Shown here in pieces: positions 51,104-64,000 of a stretch of DNA of 64,000 nt; within the stretch, counting starts at the first letter, position 1, and every line of letters starts with the position of its first letter. The notes under the pieces were generated by a model. It was not told the DNA's origin and did no database searches. It saw only the letters and a list, made by a program, of their open reading frames with translations. The DNA lies in contig CM119263.1 of assembly GCA_051294375.1 (NCBI GenBank), positions 31,541,476 through 31,605,475 of the forward strand, written 5' to 3'. The stretch comes from Paraspadella gotoi. Taxonomy: Eukaryota > Animalia > Chaetognatha. The translations under genes were made by a program, and so were the position numbers.

Positions 51104-52451
51104 TGATGATATAAAGCAAAGAAAAAGCAAGAAAGAAGCAGGAAAAAATGCAGGTAATGAAGGAGGTGGCTCAACCTTCGATTTTTGATCAGAGTTTCAA
51201 TTTAAGATAAAACGAGAAATCAGGAAGAAGAGAGATTTTAATACTAAGATTTACGGCTTTATTTTCCAAAAAGGCTCGAATTTCAGTTTGAATTGCGTAT
51301 TAAATTTTTTAAATTTTAACGGATTAGGATAAGATAATGATTAAAAGTTAGATTAAGATAATATTAAGGATTTTATTAGAGATCTGGCAGTTTAAGTTAT
51401 TAGAAAGAATTAAGAATTAGAGAGTTACGAAATAAGGGTATGGATTATGGTTAGGGATTAAAATTAGGGTTAGAAATAAGGGTATGGATTATGGTTAGGG
51501 TTATGGATTAAAGAATTAGGGCTAGGAATTAAAGGTTATGAATAAAAAATATTTTAATAAGATATTGGTGTTAAAAAAGTTGAGGGGTTCATCAGGGTGG
51601 TAATAAAATGGGAAGGCTTTCGGAATAATAGAAGCCAAAATTTTTATGCTCTCGCGAATTATTTATCTAATGTCCTCACCGTACGCTTATCTGTTTTTGG
51701 ATAACTTATTACGCCCGAGAATAAGAAAATGCTATCGAGCTGATTGGTTGAGTGAGAAAAAAAAAAAAATTTTTCAAATTGGAATAAAATAATTATGAAC
51801 TAAAGTTCATATTGGGATCGTTATGAAAAGCATTACATATCACAAATGAAAAAGTCCTTTGCCAAGTTTTTAACCCAGAACGCAGTTTTAGGGGTTTTTT
51901 TGTGATGGTCTTTTAAAGTAGTTTGGGGTGACCGCAGCCTGGTTTGGAGTCGGGACTTGTGATCGTAAACGAAGGATTACTCAAGCGAACCACAGACGGA
52001 AATAATTTGCCTGTGAGGGTGAACGACGCTTGAAACATTCTACTGGCAAATTAATAATAAACTAAATTAACTACTAAATTTTTTTCTCGTTTCTTTTAAC
52101 ACTTTTTTTCTTTCCTGTGGCAAAAAAAGGTTTTAGCCCAATGTATCAATTAAGGCTCTAACTGTCAAAGAAGTAAATAGGCCAAATAGAATTACTTACG
52201 AATTTTCTCAAAGAAAAATTTAAAAAAAAAAAATATGAAGAAGAAAATATTTTCTCTCGTCTTTGTTGCTTGGCTTTAAATGGTTTTTAATATCGCGGCA
52301 CGGGCGAATGTGATTTTTATTAAATATTTAATTAGAGAATATCGTATGGATATTGATGCATTAAAGCAGTTTTTTTCAGGCATATTCTGCTTTATTAGAG
52401 TCTAATTATCCTAAATTATTATTAATAATAAACATCTATCTAATTATATAG

Positions 52452-52778
52452 TGAAAGAGACAGTAATTAATTGTTTTATGTGTTAGTGACAGAACGCGTT
52501 CAATATAAGGCAGATCCCCTGAAACTTCGGATCAGGCTGTTAACACCGTGTTTACAGCGGGTTTAAGCGCCCCCGTCCCTCTTAACTGCCAGACGACCAA
52601 ACGGGCTAGAACACCCGGGCTAGAACACCGGGCTAGAACAACCGGGCTAAGAACACCGGGCTAGAACACCGGCTAGAAACACCGGGCTAGAACGCCCGGA
52701 CTTTGGGTTGGGAGGCGAATGACTTGCCTCCGGCCATAACGCAATGGCCCTTGATGAACGGATTTTAGTCGCACCATA
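52452..52778 (-). mobile_element. tRNA-Gly-core repeat copy with an internal 13-bp tandem expansion
   Basis: About 8 units of CCGGGCTAGAACA at ~52600-52700, i.e. the B-box/T-arm region amplified. Confidence 0.85.
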
Positions 52779-53948
52779 ATAGATTATTATCAGAGGGAAA
52801 TAAATCAAAATTTTGATTTTTTTAAGGTTCCCCTCCTCAGCTTTGATGATGGCTCCGAACTCTAAAAATTATTAATTATTAATTAAATAATTTTCATATT
52901 CACGAGGTCAAAATTAAGTTTCCTAAATCTCATTTGATTTTTTGGCTCAAAATTCTGAGACTCGAATCGCGATCTGCGACGTCCTTTTGTTTCAGCAAAA
53001 ATGAAATAATTTAATCCGATTTTGATAAAAAAAAAAAAAAAAAAAGGAAAAGGAAAGGAGGAAAGCAATACTTCCTTAATGATATAAAATACATACAAAA
53101 TACAAAAAAATAGAGAGCGAAAAAGTAATAATAAAGATTAGAAGTAAAAAAAATAAAAGTAAAGTGGGGTAAAATAATTCCAAATTAAAAAAAATAAAAG
53201 AGATTAGCGCTATTTAGCCCAAGGATTGAAGAGAGAGAGAGAGAGAGAGAATGAGTGTATACAGAAAAGAAGAAGAGAGTGAGAAAGAGAAAAAGAGAGA
53301 GAGAGGGTTAATTACCCAAAATCGATTATCAAGATTTAATCCGAGAATAAATAAAATAATAAGTAAAATGAAGAAATCGAATCGACTGAACAGTAAAAAA
53401 TTGATTTTGGTATTTTATTTTAGGTATTTAAACTAAGGAATTCCGTGTTTAACTAGGTGTTTTAATGTTATGAATTTTTTTTTTATTCTTTCGCTTTGAA
53501 TACTATAGAAAACTTTTTCCTTTTTCTTATTTTTTCTTCTTTTTCTTTTTCAATTTTTTTTTCTCTGGAAGACTCAACTTCGCTCTTTACGAAATTCGAC
53601 AACTCTAAAAGTTCAACCTCTTTTTCACCCCCCCCCCCCCCCCCCCCCTCTCTCTTGTCTCTGCTTTTTCTCATGTCTCTCCTCTCTCGTCTTAGTCTCG
53701 TCTCTCCTCAGCTCTCTCTCTGCTCTCTCTCTCTCGCCTCTCTCTTCTCCTCTCTCTGCGTCTGGACTCAAAACAGTTTCAGTTTTTATTTCACGATTTT
53801 AATCACTTTTACTTTTCTCTTACATTTTTAAAAAATCATCCGGTTTTTGTCAAATTTAACTGCAATGAAACTTAAACCGTTTTATCAAGTTGGTTTTTTT
53901 CCTGAGGAAAAGCAAATGTTATGAATATTCACGCTGCTCGCGAACGCT

Positions 53949-53993
<45 letters not shown>

Positions 53994-56040
53994 GCTTCTC
54001 TCTCTGCTGTGAAAAAAAGTTCTTTGTTTAATCTAAAAACAGAAAAATCAATTCTCAAATAAAGTAAAAAATTCTCTGAGAACCTTTAGAATAAACTTTA
54101 ACAATAAGAGACGAATTATAACTAGTATACTATGTTAATCTTCTTAAATATTTATTTGTAATAACTTGAAAAATAAGAAGCTTTGTCATGTATATACCTC
54201 ACATTTAGAATTACAAAATGGTCCATCCGCCCACCGAAATCCCTGGGGTCTTTTACATCGCCTGACAATTCAACTGTCAACGTTAATCTCATCAATTTTT
54301 CAGGACATTTCAAATTGAAAAAAAAAGAGGCACAAAAAGAAAAATTTCCTATTTTAAAAAAAAACAAAAAAAAAACAAAAGTTTCGATTCAATGTCAACA
54401 TTACTTTTTCTAATTTTTTTTAATTTGACATTTTTTTTTTAAACGTAAATCGATTTCAAATCTGCCAATTTGTTTAAAAAAGTTTAAGTACCGGGCAGTT
54501 TAAAATATTTTCATTACCCCCATTTATTAATTATCAATTTTTTAGTATTTTATTGTATTGTATTGGTTTAATTTTTATATTTTGCAACCTTTTGATATTG
54601 TCCGTTAATCTCATTCATTAACTAAGTAGCCCTGGGAACTTTAAAATTGTTCTGATTACGCCAATGCAGCTTGCACAGCTCTTCTCATCATGCAGCCCAA
54701 GCAGCTTTCTAGCTTTTCATCTCTCATCCGCGATGAAGCAAGCAGCTTGTAACAGGTCTTATCCGCGATTAACCAAGCAGTGTGAGCGAGTGTTTGAGCT
54801 TCCACAAACTCGGCTTTTCTTTTGCTCACAGGAAACGAATGACAAATAAATTCCTCAAAAAATTTTTTTCGCTTCAATTTTTTCCCCTTTTTTTCAATCT
54901 TAACAAATTTTTTTTTTCTTAAACTTTTCTCAGAATCTTCAAACTATGATTTCGAAGCTTATCTGTTTTTTTTTTATTTTTATATAACAAAGGAAAAACT
55001 TAAAATAATCTTTGAAAGATTCTTTTTAAAACTTCCCTTTCAACAAAAGTTTTTTTTTTATGTTTCCAAAAAAAAATAATAAGAAAATAAAAATGGTTAA
55101 TAAATTGAAACAAACTATGAAACTCATGAAACTATTTTTAAAATTTTCATCAAACTCAAAAACGAAAATGATTTCATGGAAAAAAAAGAAAAAAAATATA
55201 TAATACAAATTTTTCAATCGAAATAAATGAAATGTTTTTCTTCGTTGGTCCGAGAAATAAAATAAAAGAAAAGAAAAGAAAGATAAGAAAAGAAAAGAAA
55301 AGAAAAGAAAAGAAAAGAAAAGAAAAGAAAAGAAAAGAAAAAGAAGAAAGGAAAAAGAAGAAAAGAGAAAAAGATCGCATCGGGATCATCCAAAACAATA
55401 TTTTTTTTTTTCGAGCGCGACAAATTTTAAACATTTCCCTGCATTTTTTTTCTGACTCAAATCTTTACGAAAATCGCAAAAAAAATATTGAAGCTCTAAA
55501 TCTTAAATTAAAATTAAAAAATTGAACTTTAAATACTGCGCTTTGCGAAATGCGAATCGTACGAACTTAGATACATATTACAAAAATCTTTTTGTTTCTT
55601 AAAATGCAATCTTAACTTCAAATGCTTTCACCAATGTTAATGCTTAATTTTTTCAAAAGATTTAATTTTGTTTACTTTTTTCGGCAGCAACCTATGAATT
55701 AACATTAAAACCTAGCATTCAAATCCATCTTTGCCTATTTCATATCCTAATCTTCTAATCCTATACCTCAACTCTAATCCCTAACCTCTGAAACCTTAAC
55801 CACTAATCTAATCCCTAACTTAATCTTCGAACCTGAAAACTAACTGCATTTCCGAGTTTAATAGAACGGGGCGGTTTAGGAAAATATAGCCCACATCTTT
55901 AAATCCCGCCTATGCTGATGCACTTATCTGACGCACGCTATCTAACTACATCCTTTTATCTATCCAACCCTTTCTAACACCACTTATCCAAATCACTCTG
56001 CTTAAACAACCCTATCTATTTCAAACCTAATCTTAGATTA

Positions 56041-56765
56041 GGTCGCCATGGACTTTTTTCCACCGGCCACTGGCCATTTCGGATCGATCAGAAGGAAGAG
56101 AAAAGAAGACTGAAGAACTATGCCGTCACAAGAGAAGGAGGAAGAGGAAGAGGAGGAGCCGGAAATAGGTCTGGTCGGTTCGATGCCGGTCCTGGTCAGT
56201 TTTCTTTTTTTATTATTCAATTCCGAAATATTAAAAAAAACAAACCCAAACGCTTAATTGATTAAGCAAACAAATTGAAAGTTTATGGAATTATAAGATT
56301 GCGCAGAAAGTCTTGATGAAAAAGGTTGCAGTCCTTTCGAGAACTCAGGGGGACTGAGATTGCCTGAATGCTCATTTTTTCTATATTCGAAGAATTAATT
56401 TCTTTATTAAATTAATTATATTTTTTTAGTTGAGGAAGGGCGGAATTTCTACTCATCGAATCAGTCGATCGACATTTGGAGGAAATAGGAAAAATCACAA
56501 AACGGACGAATAGCGAAAAACGAAAAGGTAATTTCTAATTTTTATTTTTATAGATTATTCATGTTTCCAAACAATTGATATACTGTGGTGACTAGAGGTC
56601 AAGGTTTTAGTTGCTTCATATATCATGCGCCAATGTTCCCTTTTTGTAATCGTAATATTTTATGAAACTTTTTATTTGTACTTCTCTCTTCTTTCTCTCT
56701 CTCTGCTCTCTGCTATCTGCACCCCTATTCTCTCTCTCTCTCTCTTCTCCTCTCTCTCTCTCTCA

Positions 56766-56801
<36 letters not shown>

Positions 56802-59231
56802 CTCTCTATCTCTCACAGATCTCCTCGTTCTCCGTCGAAGGAGACGTCCGTTAAATCACTGTGCACCCTCCAATAGAAAACCAAAACTAACGAAGAGATT
56901 TGGTTTCGTTTGCCTATGGTGAGACTGTGAGTGGAATGCATTAAGGGTCAATCATCGCATTTCTTTAATTCACAATTTTTACTGTACGTGACCAAATATT
57001 TTTTTCCGCAAAATTTCAATTCATTATTTTGTCACAATCTCTAACAATATTTGATTTTAATCATTTCGAATATAACTTTTTAATCGCTCGACTTTATTTC
57101 ATACCACGACTGGCGTTCTTTCATTTTGAAAGTCAATCGTTATTACACGTCTGCTTTATTTCAAATTACAACTGTCAAAAATCTTAAATTCTGTCATCCC
57201 AACATTTTATATCTAAACTGTCTTTCACTTAGAATCACAACAGTCAAAACTCGTCAAATCTCGTCGTCTCAACATTTCGTATCAGCACTCTAACAGTCAC
57301 TATAACACCTATAATCACAGGCAAAGTACCTAAATTTGAGCAAGCGGGACTTTAATCGAAGTGACTTCAGTCAAGAAAGAGAGTTGACGGTGAACTGGTG
57401 GGCTGGAGAAAAGTGGAAGAGGAAAAGTCTGGCAGGTTGGAATATATATTTTATTATTTTTAAATATTAGAATTATTGTAAAAAGTGTGAATATCTTGTT
57501 TGAAGTAATATCGGAGCAGCCAAGTATAGCTGTCAGAATAAAAAGCCTTCCCTGGCGGGTGGCTAGGGGGCGACACCGGGGGTCATACCTAGAGATACCT
57601 CAGGGGGTTGGTGGGCAAAAACGCAAAATAGCGTCTAGGTGTGGCCCCCAGGGGGGATAGTTTTCTTTAGAGTTTAAGGGCGGTCCCAGGCAGATCCCCC
57701 TGGAAGTGCAAAAAATTGACTTTCCGCGCATAGGGTCACCCTAAGTATTGAAATAATTATCTACTCTTGGGGTGGTCCTTCTATTGTTGTAAAAGACCAG
57801 GCTTCCTTTAAATTAATTTTGACCAAAATGATTTTTACCCACTCTTATCTTTCTCTTAATTCTTTCTCTCTTTTTATTTTTTAAAATTTTAAAATTTTTT
57901 TTTAATCTATTTATTTAATTAACTCTTCTTTTTCGGGAATGCGAATCCCCAATGGCACTTAACCTGCGGAAGCATGAGGAAACACGCGTAAACCACGCCT
58001 GAGGGCGTGGAAAACCCTCAAGCGTCTGGTTACCAAAGCCCAGGAACGTTTCCTTTTCACCGAGAGAGCACAAGAGGGGACTAACAGCCACGTAGAACCT
58101 TTTTATCCTCACGGTCTTTTTTCTCTCATTAAAATTGTGTGATTTATTAACATTATCAATCCACTTTGTAATTTCATTGTTAATATTAAATATACCTTCT
58201 TTAATATGTTAGGTATCGATGAGCACTCATTGTTACTGTATTAAAACTTTTACAAATGGATCATACTGATTGCTATTTGAAGAAGAGAAAGAGTATTTGA
58301 AATGTGGATTGGTTGTCAGATAAAAAAAATGATTGGTTGTTGAATGAATAGAGAAAGCAAGATACTTGGAAAGATGATTGTCAGATTTCTGAAAAGTTGG
58401 AGTTTGAAGAATTACTCTTACATATAGTCTGCAACAAGAGACAAGTAATCATTGTCATTTTGTGATAAGTATCAATGTCAGTTTGTAATTACAAGGTGGC
58501 CAGATAAGTAGATAAGAAAAAGCCTATATGGTGTTAAGTTTTAATTGGTGATATATCTGGATTTAACTTTGAGAACATTTAAAGAATAATGATAGAAATG
58601 TAACCATCTGAAAATGATTTTCTCCAGCATTACCTATCATCTTCATATCCGCCAACTGCTCCAGTCGCTCGTTACATTTGACTGTCGATTCGTGGGTCAT
58701 TGAAAATTCGAATACGTCAGAAAATCGAGTTGGCCAAAACCCGGATGTGAAAGATCACACTCGTGGTCCTTTTTAATCCCTGGTTCCAGAAGATCAAGTG
58801 AGTTTAAAGATTGGAAATTTTATCTGAAAACGGCCCATTTCAGTTCCTTATCACTGAACCTAATTTTGTCTTTAATATTTAACCAATATTAAACAAACCT
58901 AAATCCTAACCTTAATCCCTAACCTCAAATCCAAAATCCCAAACCCAAATCCTAACTTTAATCCCTAACCCAAACCCTAATCCTAATCTTAATCCTCACC
59001 TTGTTCCCACCCCTAATTTCTAACCCTTATCGATAATCTTTAATTTTATTTTAACCAAATTAAAATATAATTAAATGTTTAGGTTTACTTAGACACGAGG
59101 AAGAGAGAGAGAGTACGTGTTAAACGATCACGGTCGTGTTTGGGTTGGAGTCCCAAGTCATCGCGGCCTTTGGTACTTCGCGCAGTTTGAAGATGAGTGT
59201 TACGAGGTCAGGTCATGATGGTGATATGGTG

Positions 59232-59262
<31 letters not shown>

Positions 59263-59437
59263 CTACGACTATAGCGATAATAACAATGAAGATAAGACAA
59301 AGATTTAAGTGAAAACAATTTAACCATTTTAATTCTTTATTATTTTATTTAATCCTTCAACACTTTTACGCAAATTTCAGGTCGCCCTCGACATTTTAAG
59401 TTTCGTCGGATATTCGAGAACAAGAAGCGACGCTTCG
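56041..59437 (+). CDS. Transglutaminase (protein-glutamine gamma-glutamyltransferase), 5' exons only
   Basis: Exons ~56041-56194, ~56430-56528 (NRKNHKTDE, like N..HHTDEY), ~56819-56918 (DLLVLRR, like LIVRRG), ~57322-57435, ~58629-58797 (LFNPW..EDQ), 59083-59206 (VYLD..EEREEYVLNDHGRVWVG...WYFAQFE), ~59402-59437. Frameshifts present; truncated at an N gap. The start is uncertain. Confidence 0.85.
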
Positions 59438-59462
59438 NNNNNNNNNNNNNNNNNNNNNNNNN

Positions 59463-62400
59463 TTCTCTTTGTTTCCGCAATTTTTTTTGATTAAAACGAA
59501 ATTTCCTCTCCCAATTTGAGAAAAGATTCAAAAGAAAATTTTTAATCTTAAATTCGGATATGCCAAAACTCAATTTAAATTAATTTAAATCTCCAATACC
59601 AAAGGTTTTAAAAACTCGATTATTAAATGTCCGATTTAAAAAAAAACTCCTATCTCATAACCACAAATTCACTCAATTTTAAAATAACTTCTCTTCCCTG
59701 TCCTTACCGTTACCTGTCCTCAACATCTGATCCACTATCCTTTACTCAATTGCTTTGTTTTGGAAAACTCCTCACCCTTTCTCTGGATAAACTCAATGTT
59801 CGCAGAGAATTAGTATTACAATTAAACGCTGATGTAGACTCGAATTTAGGAGGTCGAAACCTGACTATTGGACTCTCGCGTCGCAAAATACTAATTAATT
59901 TTGACTACAGAACTTTACATGCTTTTTTCGATCGATGCCCAAATCTCCTTCTCAATTATCTTTCCGCAGTAATCGCTGCATCGCGATATCGACGTATTGT
60001 GATTCGAACTTAAAATTATTGATAACCGCGGTAAGTGTATATCGTGATAGGGACAAAATTTCTCGCGAGGTAGAATGAATGCTTCTGTTTGTAAACCTTA
60101 ATGAAGAATCTTAATGTGAAAATAAAAAACGTATAAAGTAACAAACTGAACTTTACTTTGATCGCTTTCTTGATAAGGACAATCGCAAAAATTCGCCGAG
60201 TTGTTAAGGAAAATTCGCAAAAGTGCAGAGAACGAGATCTGTAGAAATTGTTTTTGGCCAACTGGGGAAACAATAGAACAAGTAGTATATCTTTATTTTG
60301 TGTATAATGTTTAATTTCAAAATGTAATTCGTTTAAACTTTATTCAAGGGAAGAGTTTTGTTTTCGAAAATAAATCTTTAATACTTCGACCTGACTTTAA
60401 TTCTAAATCCTTTGCCTAGATTGATCTTTTAGTCATATCTAGCTGACAAGGAAAAAAACGTCAAATTCTAACTCCCAGCGTCTCCCTTTTGTCTCTTAAG
60501 AACAAGAAATTCTTATGCCGACCTTGCTTTACCGTCTTGACTTCTTGCAACGTGGCCAGGGATATTTCGTTAATTCGTTACTTCCTTTTAATTTAATTCC
60601 ACTTTTGCTCAATTAAAACTAAATTTTTTTCATAACCATTATTCGGCTAAAGTTTTATTAATCGCCGACGCGCAGATTCCAAAAAAAAAAAATATAACCA
60701 ACAATTACCTATACCACCCTAGACCTAAACCACATCTAAAACCACTTAACCTAACCCCTCCCATAACAACCGGTCGGCGTAAAAGTAAAGAGCTTTCGTA
60801 AGTTCATAACGAATCAGACTCAGTTGGCAAGTTAAGGGAAACTAGTTTGTGACAAATTGAAAAAAAATTAATAGAATCAATAAATTTAAAAAGATAAATG
60901 AATTAAGGGAATTAATTCCATTAACCTTTCAAATGAATGAATTTCATTCACCTTCAGAATGTTCTTCAATCATTTCGTGGATATGATCATGGGCAAAAGG
61001 AAGTAAAAGTAGTGACGCACCGCTTCCCATCGGCCTCCGGCTTTTTCTCCGTCATCCAATCTTCCTGTAAAAATGATTGGTGTAAAAAAATATGACAAGC
61101 AAAATTTAATTAAAATTATCGCAACTTTTTTCACAAACTTTTAATATTCCAGAAGAGAAATGAGAGAAATTAAATATACACATGGAAAGGAGGGAGACCA
61201 GAGTTCGACAAAAGAGAAAAGAGTTAGTCAGCAGTAAAACTAGCCATAGCTTGCTCCAAAATATTAAACTAATCATCAAGTTAGTTATATATAAATAGTT
61301 ACCCGTTAACCGAATTGCGAAACAGTTCGTCATCCATTCTTTCATACTTTTTGCGGTTTTGACTTTCAATTTCGAAATCAAAGTCTTTCTCTCTTCTGGA
61401 AAGCGATAAGCAGATCTTCGCAATCCGTCGCTTTCCATTGATGAGCAACGACAAGCTTTTCTTAGAAAAAGAGGGAGACCCAAGGGTTCGACGGCCGAGA
61501 TTGCCGAGGATGCGAGGCATTCTTTTCAAATAATTATTGAATCATAATAAAAATAATAAACAAACAATTATAAATCAAGAAAAATGAAGAGCTCAAGCTG
61601 TGTAAATAATAATTTTTAAAATGATTATAATTCATTTCAAAAAAGTTTCAAAAAATTCATCATGTTTACCTAATGTTTCTGAAGAAAAATCTCCTAAAGT
61701 TTAAAGTACTGTGCCCTTTTATACTCTTAAAATTTAAATAACCAAATTAAAAATTACTTTTGACTTTTGAAGAACACCACCTAAATTAATTGGATCATAA
61801 AAGTCTCGTCAATCAGAAGCGAGAATTAAAAATAATAAACCAATGAAAGTATAGGAACAGAGAATTATAGCAAGCTATACGTTATTGTACTATATATAAA
61901 ACCGAATATAAATTCTAAATGTATTGAAATATTTAATAAACTACTGTAACAATCACCTTTTTCCAATTCACCGTTTATCATTTTCCCGACGTTAATAAAA
62001 CTATTGTCAATCTAATACATTCACTAATTATTTACCCTCGTTACTAAACGGTCAACGCGATGTTGGAATTTAGTATTTTAAAGCATTGTTCGGATCGGGG
62101 AAAATTTTTTGTTAAATAAAAAATCAAAATCGTACGACGGCATCGTCTTTCACGCTCCCCCTTGCACCTGCAAATCCGGGTGCAGCAGCATCTCCCCTCT
62201 AGTCCCTTGTAGTCTTCACCCAAGACCAAGAGAGGGATCAGCTCCGTACTCTTAAGATCCCTCTTGATCATCTGCCTCAGAATTTTGGGAACAAAAGCCC
62301 TGTGGTACCCAGGACAAAGAATTTGTTGAACAATGTCGTAGGAACGGGACAACATGAAAGGAGAAAGTAGATCTCCGCGACCTCGAAAGTTCGCCACATG

Positions 62401-64000
62401 ATTTTGCGATTTGGTCCAATTCCCAAGTTGGTGAATGAAGCCGGCCTAGAGTAATGGAGAGAAGGGAGGGAAAGAAAATAAGAATTAAAATAAGTATAAA
62501 CATTAACAGACAAAAAGAAATGCAAGAAATGAAAAAAGAGACTCTCTCTCCTCTCTCGTCTACGTCTCTCCGGTCATCTCTCTCATTCTCTCGTCCATCT
62601 CTCTATCTCGTCTCTCATCTCTCATTGCAGAGAAATCGAACCTAAAAAGCCAGAATCGATCCGACGACGCGAGAAGAATTTTCAAGAGACTCTCTCATTG
62701 GTCAAGCAACCATGGCATCGGCCAATGGCGCGGGCCGGGATTCCCAATCCGGCGGCAAAAATTTTTTCCGAGTCACGGATCCGATTCCATTGTATAACAT
62801 AGCTCTTTGTTTTCCTTGTTGATTCTCTCTAATCTGACCGACCGACCGACAAGACGACCTCAAATGTTGACTTATTCGAGTTGCTCCGTCGAGTATTCCG
62901 CGGCACCTAAAAAATTAAATTAAATAAGATTTAGGATAAAATTGGGGTTCTGGGAAAAATAAGCGCCAATGATTTCACCTTGTCCACCGTGTTTTGATCT
63001 GGTTGTGAACAGAAAGACTCTTCGATGTAACTCTTGCATTGGGATTCCATCGTGGCGAAAGGCTTTGCGCCTCAAATCCTTTGGAACGGGAATCTGGACG
63101 GAATGCCAGACTTCATGAAAGTCTTTTTCTCAGTAGGAGTCGTATTTTGCTCCTCCTTTTAAGTGGAGCGGGTTTGGGCGGTGTGGAGTGGGGGAAGGAA
63201 AGGTCGGAGTGTGTGGTAGGTATGAGTAAAGTGAATCGAACCGAGTGGGTAATCTGCACAACGAGAGTTTCACAAAAATCTTCATTTAAAAATAATTTGA
63301 AAACACAATTTTCTTTAGACTTTGTTGAAATACTACCGCCTACAATTGTAAGATTTTTAAATTAATCATTAAGTTAATAAATTAGCATTAGCATAATAAT
63401 TGCCATTCACGATATATTTAATTGCTAATACTTAAATAATGCAATATTCAACATAGATAATTAAACATGTTCACCTTCGATGTTCTCAAAAACTGTCCCA
63501 ATTCTTTCGGCTACAAATGACAGAGTTTGATTCTTCTGCTTGAAAATATCGAAAAGCTATCGAAACCAAAAATAACAATTATAATTTATATGAAAGTAAA
63601 CCTATTGGTGACTTAACGATAAACCATAGTAAGAGAAGAGCTTGTCTTCGTTAAAGATTATGGCAACTGGCGTGAATATCCAACTTATATTCTGTGGCTT
63701 CGGATTATATACTAATATTTTAATACATTATGAACTTTGTACAACAAACATGAAAAAAAATATTATCCATTATTTAATAAAAAGATTTATCTGGCCCTAA
63801 ATCTGAAGACAGGCTTGGTGGTTTAAAAGGCGCTCCATCACTCTTACCATAGATATAAGTGTCGATAACAGTAGGAAATCTTTCAATAAAAGACTCTCTC
63901 CAGTCTCGCTTTAATTCCTCCACAGTTGATAGTACCTCGAGCTCTCCTATCATGAATGCTCTTAATTTTCAAGATGATATTCAATTGTATAAAGGGACCA
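59463..64000 (-). other. Error-rich second copy (likely alternative haplotype) of the central EXOC3 region ~41750-48745
   Basis: Collinear EXOC3 exons with dense indels; lacks the 42375-43956 and 47220-47485 insertions. Confidence 0.88.

Noticed and set aside
49394-59437. EXOC3 5' exons and transglutaminase as pseudogenes or programmed-frameshift/editing targets
   Set aside because: Indels cluster in homopolymers and near gaps in visibly unpolished sequence; sequencing error is simpler.
59463-64000. A true EXOC3 paralogue
   Set aside because: Introns and exons are equally similar and differences are mostly 1-nt indels, as expected for a raw-read or haplotype copy.

Overview
AT-rich, microsatellite-laden DNA from an invertebrate animal; genes are split into many small exons, so the long ORFs in the supplied track are almost all low-complexity artefacts. 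Four spliced genes were reconstructed by hand: a myophilin/mp20 (calponin-transgelin family) gene (+, 7668-12007); a ~930-aa multi-EF-hand gene with an RFX X-box upstream (-, 13393-25820); exocyst subunit Sec6/EXOC3 (-, ~32197-51103); and the 5' half of a transglutaminase (+, ~56041-59437, cut by a gap). Several blocks next to N-gaps are indel-rich duplicate or inverted copies of neighbouring sequence (probable long-read gap fill or second haplotype). Most notable observations: (1) in at least 5 of the 18 introns of the EF-hand gene, the exon 3' end plus its 5' splice site is duplicated or tandemly amplified into the intron; (2) a ~230-bp repeat with a tRNA-Gly-like core inside Helentron-like subterminal inverted repeats and a terminal hairpin; (3) minimal type I hammerhead ribozyme motifs in a dispersed repeat; (4) a ~330-bp terminally redundant repeat that forms tandems; (5) a GC-rich LINE-like remnant whose RNase H and CCHC-like regions lack their key residues; (6) a 1.6-kb TIR element present in one EXOC3 copy and absent from the other. 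All family assignments rest on motif recognition by eye; no searches were run.
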